NCBI GenBank assembly: GCA_039091855.1
Contig: JAWCLA010000002.1
Coordinates: 1-55,392 of the forward strand
DNA: 55,392 nt
Reading direction: 5' to 3'
DNA from: Candidatus Aenigmatarchaeota archaeon
GTDB lineage: Archaea; Aenigmatarchaeota; Aenigmatarchaeia; QMZP01
The notes under the pieces were generated by a model, which was not told where the DNA came from, searched no databases, and saw only the letters and a list, made by a program, of their open reading frames with translations. The position numbers and the translations under genes were made by a program. Positions 26,105-33,758 of the stretch are shown piece after piece; position 1 is the first letter of the stretch; each line of letters starts with the position of its first letter.

Positions 26105-26797
26105 TTATATCTTTATCCTTCTCATCTCGCATTTTATTTCTGTTGGGTTTTTCTCGTTTATTTCAACAATTCCATAATATCCCTCAAATAAAGCGCCTGG
26201 ATAAAAGAGATTTGTTTTTCCTATTTTGTCTGTTCCTCTTGCCTCGTGAATGTGTGCAGATATAGCAAGAACTGGCTGCCTTTTTTCTATGAATTTCCTT
26301 ATTGCCTCTGAGCCAACGTGTTTTTTTGTGAATGTTGTGTCAAGTTTCGTGTTTTTTGGTGGGTTGTGAACAATAAGCACAAAATCTTTGTTTTTTATTT
26401 TCTCATAAGTCTTTTCAAGGTATTCTGCCGTTTCCTCCTCGCTTGGTTCAAATATTGTATTAAAAGGCGTGAGCGCACCACCCCAGCCCATAAATGTTAT
26501 GCCTTTAACTGTTCTTGTTTTTTCATGCAAGTTAACTTTGTATTCATTAAAAAGTTCTAATACCTCGTAAGGGTCGTGGTTTCCTGGAACGCAAAGAACA
26601 GGCACTTTTAATGCCATAATCTCCTGAAGTACCATATCTGCTATGTCCATCTGTGAAAAACCATCAGGAACAGTAAACATGTCTGTGAAGTCTCCTGGGC
26701 ATATTATCAAATCTATGCCTTCTGTCTTGACTTTGTTAAGGACGGCGGATGCCTTTTTGAATTCCCCATGAATGTCTGCGAAAATCAATATTTTCAA
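26105..26797 (-). CDS. Calcineurin-like metallophosphoesterase
   Basis: ADIHG, GDFTD, GNHD, HNPP and AHIHE motifs appear in the canonical order. Confidence 0.8.
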   Translation of the reverse strand: MKILIFADIHGEFKKASAVLNKVKTEGIDLIICPGDFTDMFTVPDGFSQMDIADMVLQEIMALKVPVLCVPGNHDPYEVLELFNEYKVNLHEKTRTVKGITFMGWGGALTPFNTIFEPSEEETAEYLEKTYEKIKNKDFVLIVHNPPKNTKLDTTFTKKHVGSEAIRKFIEKRQPVLAISAHIHEARGTDKIGKTNLFYPGALFEGYYGIVEINEKNPTEIKCEMRRIKI

Positions 26798-26827
26798 ACA
26801 ATCACCTTTTAGAGTATGGTTTTGTAT

Positions 26828-27011
26828 AGCTCATTTATATTTTTAATGAGCTCATTTTGAGAGATTTTATATTTGTGAAAGGGAATATGCCCTTTGTTTC
26901 CTGTGGAAAAGGTTTTATGATTAAAAACAAAAAATTAAATATAACAGTGTTATATTTAATTCCATAAGAAACAAGCCTTTTAAACCCCTATTTCCAATAG
27001 AAATCAAGGGG
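26828..27011. other. Putative replication origin (oriC) with ORB-type Orc1/Cdc6 boxes flanking an AT-rich stretch
   Basis: ORB-like elements: 26889-26910 (minus; reverse complement TTTTCCACAGGAAACAAAGGGC), 26960-26977 (plus, weak; TTCCATAAGAAACAAGCC), and 26991-27011 (plus; TTTCCAATAGAAATCAAGGGG, ending 3 nt before the cdc6 ATG). They flank the AT-rich run 26911-26959. An 8-bp inverted repeat, AGCTCATT (26828-26835) / AATGAGCT (26845-26852), surrounds TATATTTTT. Confidence 0.65.
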
Positions 27012-27013
27012 AT

Positions 27014-28216
27014 ATGATGGTACAGGTTTCACTTAAAGACATATTTTCAAATTATGTTTCAAGAAACCCGATATTCAAAAACAAGGACATACTTTCAATA
27101 AAATTCACTCCTGATAACATTCCACACAGGAACGAGCAGATAAATCAGTTGGCCCACATACTCGCTCCTGCACTGAGAAATGAAAAACCATCAAATGTTT
27201 TTATTTATGGTAAGACTGGTGTCGGAAAGACACTTGTCACGGAAAAGGTAATAAAGGATTTGGAAGAGGCGGCTGGGCAAACAGGAAACCTTAAAATAAT
27301 CTATCTTAACTGCAAAATGAGAAAGGTAACAGACACAGAATACAGGCTTTTAGCCCAACTTATTGAGTTTTTTGGCGAAAAGGTTCCATATACAGGCCTG
27401 CCAACAAGCGAGCTTTACAACAGGTTTTTCAAAATATTGGACTCGTCACAGAAAAACCTGATTCTTGTACTTGATGAAATAGATTTCCTTGTTGACAAGA
27501 TAGGCAGCGAATTCCTTTATAATCTGACAAGAATAAACCAGAACCTCGAAAAAACAAAAGTAAGTATTGTTGGCATATCCAACAACCTTTCTTTTATGGA
27601 AATGCTTGACCCAAGGGTTAAGTCCTCGTTATCCGAGGAAGAACTTATTTTTCCTCCCTATAATGCCACGGAACTAAAAGACATTTTAACAGAAAGGGCA
27701 AAGCTTGCTTTTTATGAAAACACCATAACACAGGCGGCAATAGCAAAGTGTGCAGCACTTGCTGCACAGGAACACGGTGACGCCAGAAAGGCAATAGATA
27801 TGTTGAGGGTCGCTGGTGAGATGGCAGAAAGGCTAGGTTCGTCACAAGTAAGGGAAGAGCACGTTGACATAGCTCAAAACAAGGTTGAAACAGACAGGCA
27901 CATAGAAACGATAAAAAGCCAGCCAAAACACTCAAAAATCGTGTTGAAGGCAATATTGGACCTTTACAAAAAGGACGCAAAAGCCGTGCAAACAGGGGAT
28001 GTTTACGATCTCTATTCAAAAATATGCCAGAAGAACAGCATAAAACCACTTACACAAAGACGGGTTTCTGACTTGATATCAGAACTTGATACGCTAGGCA
28101 TAGTGAATACATTAAACATATCAAAAGGCAGATATGGAAGGACAAGAAAGATAAACGTGAACCTTTCAGGAACTCTCATAACAAAAATAAACGACCTGCT
28201 TTCTGCAGAACTTTAA
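27014..28216 (+). CDS. cdc6: Orc1/Cdc6 replication initiator
   Basis: PHRNEQINQL, Walker A GKTGVGKT, Walker B LVLDEID, GDARKAIDMLR, and a C-terminal winged helix. Confidence 0.9.
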   Translation: MMVQVSLKDIFSNYVSRNPIFKNKDILSIKFTPDNIPHRNEQINQLAHILAPALRNEKPSNVFIYGKTGVGKTLVTEKVIKDLEEAAGQTGNLKIIYLNCKMRKVTDTEYRLLAQLIEFFGEKVPYTGLPTSELYNRFFKILDSSQKNLILVLDEIDFLVDKIGSEFLYNLTRINQNLEKTKVSIVGISNNLSFMEMLDPRVKSSLSEEELIFPPYNATELKDILTERAKLAFYENTITQAAIAKCAALAAQEHGDARKAIDMLRVAGEMAERLGSSQVREEHVDIAQNKVETDRHIETIKSQPKHSKIVLKAILDLYKKDAKAVQTGDVYDLYSKICQKNSIKPLTQRRVSDLISELDTLGIVNTLNISKGRYGRTRKINVNLSGTLITKINDLLSAEL

Positions 28217-28223
28217 TGTTTTT

Positions 28224-29144
28224 ATGAACGAGGAAATAGTTAGAAGGTTTTTGAAGGAGGGCATTCTTATCTCACCTCAATCTCTTCAAAAAATCGACGA
28301 AAGTAACATAAATGAGATTCTCGAAAAGGCTAAAAGCGAAGGCGTGTTGGTTTTTTCACTACAGGAGGAAACATCAGTTGAGGTTAGGAAATTTCAGAAA
28401 AAACAAAAGCTTTCACCAAAGGATTTTGCAAAATACTATAATGCTCGCTTTGATGGTATAAAAAACATTTTGCTTAAAAAAGTTGAACATACCGTTTCTG
28501 TTTCAAATGCGAAAAGATCTGCAAGCGAATTTATAACAATAGGTATGGTAAGGGAAAAAACACCAAAAGGATTTATAATAGAGGACATAACAGGAGAGGC
28601 AGAGGTTATATCAAAAGAGGAGGATATATCACAGGACGATGTTGTAGCAATAAGAGGCATTTCGAAGGAAGGTATAATTTTTGCAAAAGAGATTATATTG
28701 CCTGACATACCATTGAGTTCTATTCGTCAAAAACCAAACATAAAATTAACATTAAGCGAAAATCAAGTTACGAAAGAGTTTAATTTGACACCAGAAGCTG
28801 TTTATTGGTCAGATAAAAAGAAAAACATCACAAACCCAGGATGGATAACTATAAAAAAAGACGACAAAACAGCAACAATCCTTGTTTACAAACCTGCTAA
28901 TGAGATAAAGGCAAAGGACATTATTTCCTTGTTAAAAAAAAGGCACCTCTACCCTTTAATTACACAGATAGAAGGTATAGAGGACAATTTTCTTATAGAA
29001 CCTGTTCCAAACCTTATATGGTTGATACAAAAGGAAAAATTTAGGGAAAATTATAAAGGAATAATGATTGTTTCTGGAGATGGGAAAGAACCAATAAAAG
29101 TCGATATGGCAAAAGACGAAATAGAATTTTGTGAGAAAATATAA
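28224..29144 (+). CDS. DNA polymerase D small-subunit (DP1)-like protein; short, with phosphoesterase motifs not evident
   Basis: The N-terminus MNEEIVRRFLKEGILISPQSLQKI resembles the DP1 N-terminal domain. The OB-fold-like segment ITIGMVREKTPKGFIIEDITGEAEVISKEE..VVAIRGISKEGIIFAKEIILPDIP follows. The remnant LLKKRHLYP....DNFLIEPVPNLI resembles the DP1 RHLAP...vPD region. I see no DxH, GNHD or GH.H metal-binding boxes. Length is 306 aa, against roughly 500-620 aa for typical DP1. Confidence 0.45.
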   Translation: MNEEIVRRFLKEGILISPQSLQKIDESNINEILEKAKSEGVLVFSLQEETSVEVRKFQKKQKLSPKDFAKYYNARFDGIKNILLKKVEHTVSVSNAKRSASEFITIGMVREKTPKGFIIEDITGEAEVISKEEDISQDDVVAIRGISKEGIIFAKEIILPDIPLSSIRQKPNIKLTLSENQVTKEFNLTPEAVYWSDKKKNITNPGWITIKKDDKTATILVYKPANEIKAKDIISLLKKRHLYPLITQIEGIEDNFLIEPVPNLIWLIQKEKFRENYKGIMIVSGDGKEPIKVDMAKDEIEFCEKI

Positions 29145-29189
29145 CATTGTTATGTTTTAAAACTTTTTATCCAAAACCAATTTAATTAA

Positions 29190-30410
29190 ATGCCACTCGA
29201 AATACTGGCTTTTATGTTTTTAGGAATTTTATTTGGTATAGTAACAGGACTTATTCCAGGACTGCACCCAAACACGGTTTTTGCCATAATACTTTCTCTT
29301 TCATATCTGTTTTTACAGTTTCCTTTGGTTTACACTTTGACATTCATAATATCTTTGGCAGTCACGAATGTTTTCATTGACTTCATACCATCTATAATAT
29401 TTGGCGCACCAGATCCTGACAACTGTATGTCTGTCCTCCCAGGCCATCAGCTCCTTATGGAAGGCAGGGGATATGAGGCAGTCTTCCTTTCTGTCACAGG
29501 AGGGGTAGCTGCCGTGCTCATAACAACACTTACCTTACCAGTCCTACTGTTCACAACACCATTTCTATATTCACACATTCACAAAATAATTCACATACTT
29601 CTTTCAATAGTTGTTATGTGGATGGTATGGAGTGAAAAAAACAAAACACACGCTTTACTAATATTTATATTAACAGGAACACTTGGTTTGCTTTCGCTTA
29701 ATGCATATCCTTCTGGTTTGGTGTTGTTTCCTGCCCTTACAGGACTTTTTGGAATAAGCGGTCTTGTTATTAGTTTTTATGGAAATCAAAACCTTCCCGA
29801 ACAAAAAAAGACGCACAAACCAAAAACAGAAGGAATAAAAGGAAGCATAACAGGATGGTTTGCAGGTATGTTGGCTGGCATACTACCCGGCATAGGGTCC
29901 TCACAAGCAGCCACAATAGTTTCACAAATATTCAAATCAAAGGCAAAAGGATTTCTCACAGCGCTTGGTAGCATAAACGCGGCAAACATAATATTCACGC
30001 TTATAGCCTTTTACACGCTTGGAAAAACGCGTTCAGGAGCGACAGCTACCATAAGCCAACTTACACCAACACTGTCAATAAACGAGCTGATCCTTCTTAT
30101 GATGGTTGCACTTACCACGACATTAGTTTCAGCTGTTATTACACTTAAGATAGCACACAGAATTTTATCTAAACTGTCTTCAATAAATTATCGAAAACTA
30201 AACCTCTTCGTAATTTTATTTTTGATAGCAAGCATTATTGCACTTACAGGAGTGATAGGATTAGTTATAGCCTTTACAGGAACCATGATAGGAATACTGA
30301 CAATAAAAACAGGGGTCAAAAGGTCTAATATGATGGGATTTTTGGTTTTTCCAACAATTCTTTATTTTTCAGGTCTTTTGCCATTGTTCTCATTTGTACT
30401 TAAAATATAA
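29190..30410 (+). CDS. Polytopic membrane protein, TctA/DUF112-like
   Basis: About 10 or more hydrophobic helices. Two G-x-I/L-P-G motifs (GLIPGLHPN, GILPGIGSSQAA), as in the TctA family. Assigned from memory. Confidence 0.5.
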   Translation: MPLEILAFMFLGILFGIVTGLIPGLHPNTVFAIILSLSYLFLQFPLVYTLTFIISLAVTNVFIDFIPSIIFGAPDPDNCMSVLPGHQLLMEGRGYEAVFLSVTGGVAAVLITTLTLPVLLFTTPFLYSHIHKIIHILLSIVVMWMVWSEKNKTHALLIFILTGTLGLLSLNAYPSGLVLFPALTGLFGISGLVISFYGNQNLPEQKKTHKPKTEGIKGSITGWFAGMLAGILPGIGSSQAATIVSQIFKSKAKGFLTALGSINAANIIFTLIAFYTLGKTRSGATATISQLTPTLSINELILLMMVALTTTLVSAVITLKIAHRILSKLSSINYRKLNLFVILFLIASIIALTGVIGLVIAFTGTMIGILTIKTGVKRSNMMGFLVFPTILYFSGLLPLFSFVLKI

Positions 30411-30436
30411 TGTGAAATTTTGTTAAGTAACATGAA

Positions 30437-30530
30437 GTTCCATAGGAAACAATGGGGTTAAATGAAGCCTATAGATATTGAAATTAACAAAAATTAAGTT
30501 AACGTGAAAACCTTTATTTCCTATGGAAAA
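30437..30530. other. Second pair of ORB-like boxes flanking an AT-rich spacer
   Basis: 30437-30457 (plus) reads GTTCCATAGGAAACAATGGGG. 30509-30530 (minus; reverse complement TTTTCCATAGGAAATAAAGGTT) has a weaker G-string. The spacer is about 50 nt and AT-rich. ACGTGAAAAC occurs at 30503-30512 and 30587-30596. Confidence 0.55.
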
Positions 30531-30601
30531 CCCCATAATTTCTTTTGGAAATTCACGTTTTCTTCACAAAAATAAGAAGAAAAGAACGTGAAAACAAAAA
30601 T

Positions 30602-33253
30602 CTAATTTACGACAACATTTTCAACATTTCCGTTTTTTGTCGAAAAAACAATTTCACCACCACATTCACAAAAACCAACAAGCGGTATTCTTGGATAATA
30701 TCTGCTACATTTAAGACACGTAAACCCTGTCACATCCGATACAGGAACTTCATTTGTTTTCTCTTGGGTGGATATTTTTTTGATTGCGTCAAAAATGAAC
30801 ATCTGTTTACCATTTCCTAAAAGCTCTGACTTTGAATAACCGAGCACCCCGAAAATCCTCTCAAGAGGCGGAAGAAGCTGGTTCTCTATGTAATATTGGG
30901 CATCAGGCTCAAGTCCCTTTTCCATAACGTAAAGAGGGTCTTCTGCCCTCTTTGATAGAAGTCCTGTACCTTTTACTATCACATACCCAATCCTGTCACC
31001 TATGCCCGGGACTTCTGCCGGGCTCCTTGACTGCAATTTTTTAACAAGTTCTATATGTGGTTGCATTCCAAGATAAGTCTTAGGCTGTTTTGTCATAGTT
31101 TTCGTAATAATAAGCTTTTGAACAGGAATCTTTCTGTTTAACAAGTCGTTTATCACACTTCTGAAATATTTAACAGCAGCCTTTGTATCATCTTTCTTCA
31201 ATATTATCTCTATTACGTTTTTTGTCGTTTCAGAAACAAGACCACACCAATCCCTCCTTACGGTTTCTATTCCCTTCATCTCTATCTTTTCTTCCCACCC
31301 ATCAGCAACAGGTTCAAAACACCATGCCATATATCTTTTCTTTGTCAAAGGCAGAAACCTCTTGAAAACCTTCTCAAATTGAAGCTCCATAACACCAGGC
31401 AGATTTTTCGTTACATACTTTGCTATATTTTCACCAATCTTTCTTATCTCTTCCATATCCTCCTCTTTAACCTTAACAAAAACAGAATCAGTGTCCCCAT
31501 AAACAACATCATACCTAAACTCACTTTCTATTATCCTTTTCGTCTTTTGTATTATGTATCTGCCGGAGTATGTTATTGTGTTTGCTATATCCAAATCGTA
31601 AATCCTTGCCCGGGCATAGCCCATATGCCCGTAAAAAGCGTTAGCCATTATCTTTAAAGCCCACTGCTCTGCATTGAGAAGCCTCTTCCTTTCAGCATCC
31701 TTTATGCCCTTAAGTTTTTTCTTTACACTTTGCCTCCTCTCCATAAGCTCTTCAAGTATCGCTGGTATTATGCCACTCCTCACTTCCTTTGGGGCAAACT
31801 TTGTTCCGAAAGGGCTTTCTATAGAATTTTCCATTTCCACGCCTTTTAGTATTGTGGTTGGGCAGATGTTGTAGGTTCTTATTATTGATGGGTACATTGA
31901 CTTGAAGTCAAAAACAGCCACATAAGAGTGAAGCTTTTTGTCAGGTTCAAGAACATACCCACCCTTAAGCTCCTTACCCATTGCCGCTTCTCTTTTGCCA
32001 ACATCTGAAGGCTCGGGTTTACAGGGAAGTATGAACCCCTTTTTGTTAAACTCTCTTATAAGGAAGTTCTCTATCCTTGTTGTTTCCCCACTGTCAAGCG
32101 TGTCCTGTAGCAACGTGCCTGAAACCTTCGAAAGGGCCACATACTTGTCAATAAGATTCAGTTTTATTACAAGCTCCATCGCAAGGCGAGCATCATTTTT
32201 TGCGTAAAAAACCAGCCTTTTGAAATCATCATGGTTCCCTCCCCAAAGCTTCTCTATTTCAGAGTGTCTTACATCCTCCTTTTTCTGGTTAAGGAGGGTT
32301 TCTGCTACATAGTCAAGCCCATACCTTACAAGAGAGAAGTCCTTTTTTACTATTTCATAACTGTCCAAAACAATCCTTCCTGTGATGTATATTTTTTGCC
32401 TTGCCATTATCTTTTTTGCAGACACATGTTTCTGGTTACATCTTCCTAAAATTGTAGGTATTTTGTTCCTTCTCATCCTTTCAAGAAGGTAAGGTATGTC
32501 GAAATTGTTTATATTATAACCGGTTATAATATCAGGGTCGTATTCATAAACTATTTTTACAAATTCGTTCAACATTTCACTTTCAGAGTCAAAACTAAGA
32601 ACATCGCCATCAGGCCTTGTCGTAAGAACAAGGCTTTCTTTACCCTTTAACTCAGGATTGAAATATAATGCTATTATGACAACAGGATCTGTGCTAGGAT
32701 CAGGAACATTACCCCTTTTAAGAGGCACGCATTCTATATCTATTGCCATATACCTCAATGGGGCGTCACCATCAATCTTAACCTGCCTCATTTCGGTTAT
32801 TTTAATACAAGAATCAGCTATAACAGTGTTTGTTTTTGTTGGTTCACCAACCACAGTTATCCATCCAAGACCATTTAAACCAAAATCGTTCATAAACCTG
32901 TACTTGAAAAGAATGTCCGCTTCATAAGTTTTTATTCCAGCTTCCTTCAGCTTTTCCCTGAGCTCGGGCGTCTTTGATGGATTGTGAAGCGTTATTTTGT
33001 AGAAGCTTTTTGGTTGTTGGTATCCCATTACAAAAGTCCTCTCAACCCTTTCTATGCCTATTACTTGGCTCTCCTTTTCAGGGTCAATTATTTTCAAAAC
33101 CTTTGGGTCAAAGTCAGAATAAAAGTAAGGCCTGTATCCTTCATAAAAACCGCACACAGTCTTTCCATCATTAGTCTTTCCAAATATCCTTACAACAGGA
33201 TCCTCATTTACAGTTATGTAATCAACATCCAGTATCTGTATGTTTATTTCCAT
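30602..33253 (-). CDS. polB: Family B DNA polymerase
   Basis: Exo I AIDIECV, Exo II YNINNFDIPYL, Exo III YAKNDARL. Motif A DFKSMYPSII, motif B KIMANAFYGHMGY, motif C YGDTDS. C-terminal CxxC...CxC zinc module. No intein-sized insertion. Confidence 0.95.
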   Translation of the reverse strand: MEINIQILDVDYITVNEDPVVRIFGKTNDGKTVCGFYEGYRPYFYSDFDPKVLKIIDPEKESQVIGIERVERTFVMGYQQPKSFYKITLHNPSKTPELREKLKEAGIKTYEADILFKYRFMNDFGLNGLGWITVVGEPTKTNTVIADSCIKITEMRQVKIDGDAPLRYMAIDIECVPLKRGNVPDPSTDPVVIIALYFNPELKGKESLVLTTRPDGDVLSFDSESEMLNEFVKIVYEYDPDIITGYNINNFDIPYLLERMRRNKIPTILGRCNQKHVSAKKIMARQKIYITGRIVLDSYEIVKKDFSLVRYGLDYVAETLLNQKKEDVRHSEIEKLWGGNHDDFKRLVFYAKNDARLAMELVIKLNLIDKYVALSKVSGTLLQDTLDSGETTRIENFLIREFNKKGFILPCKPEPSDVGKREAAMGKELKGGYVLEPDKKLHSYVAVFDFKSMYPSIIRTYNICPTTILKGVEMENSIESPFGTKFAPKEVRSGIIPAILEELMERRQSVKKKLKGIKDAERKRLLNAEQWALKIMANAFYGHMGYARARIYDLDIANTITYSGRYIIQKTKRIIESEFRYDVVYGDTDSVFVKVKEEDMEEIRKIGENIAKYVTKNLPGVMELQFEKVFKRFLPLTKKRYMAWCFEPVADGWEEKIEMKGIETVRRDWCGLVSETTKNVIEIILKKDDTKAAVKYFRSVINDLLNRKIPVQKLIITKTMTKQPKTYLGMQPHIELVKKLQSRSPAEVPGIGDRIGYVIVKGTGLLSKRAEDPLYVMEKGLEPDAQYYIENQLLPPLERIFGVLGYSKSELLGNGKQMFIFDAIKKISTQEKTNEVPVSDVTGFTCLKCSRYYPRIPLVGFCECGGEIVFSTKNGNVENVVVN

Positions 33254-33394
33254 TTACACACCTGCATTAGACTTTTTGCATCCAAAAAATAAAAACACAA
33301 CCCAACAGAAAGAATATATTTTGTAAAACACATTTTTTACAAAACAAATACACGCTTTTAAAACAACATAATAATTTAAAAGAAAGGTGTAGGA

Positions 33395-33727
33395 ATGAAA
33401 ATAAATCCAAAGCAAATGGAAAGGATGGCAAAGCAACTAGGAATGAAAACAGAAGAGATAGATGCCGAGCAGGTCATAATAAAGCTTCATGACGGGGAAA
33501 TAATCATAAACAACCCGCAGGTTTACAAAATAAACATTATGGGACAGAACACTTTTCAAATAACAGGCGATGTCATCGAAAAATCCGCTGAGGAATTCTC
33601 CGAAGACGACATTGACATGGTTGCAGAGCAGGCAGGAGTCTCTCACGACGAGGCAAGAAGGGTTTTGGACGAAACGAGGGACATAGCAGAGGCAATTCTC
33701 AGGCTGAAAGAAGACCACAAAAGATGA
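33395..33727 (+). CDS. nac: Nascent polypeptide-associated complex protein (aNAC)
   Basis: NPKQMERMAKQLGM, a NAC beta-barrel segment, and the C-terminal UBA-like DIDMVAEQAGVSHDEARRVLDETRDIAEAILRL. Confidence 0.85.
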   Translation: MKINPKQMERMAKQLGMKTEEIDAEQVIIKLHDGEIIINNPQVYKINIMGQNTFQITGDVIEKSAEEFSEDDIDMVAEQAGVSHDEARRVLDETRDIAEAILRLKEDHKR

Positions 33728-33758
33728 TTGTTAATATAGGACGCCACAATAAATTAAT

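Noticed and set aside
26105-26797. Idea that this metallophosphoesterase is the detached nuclease domain of the truncated DP1-like protein (a split DP1).
   Set aside because: It is on the opposite strand, on the other side of the origin and cdc6. It looks like a generic stand-alone calcineurin-like phosphoesterase. Nothing specific links it to DP1.
30602-33253. Possible intein or split in polB.
   Set aside because: All the exonuclease and polymerase motifs occur in order with normal spacing. The length of 883 aa leaves no room for an intein.
33254-33436. 60-aa minus-strand ORF in the polB/nac intergenic region.
   Set aside because: It spans the promoter region and overlaps the nac start. 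Its composition reflects AT-rich non-coding DNA.
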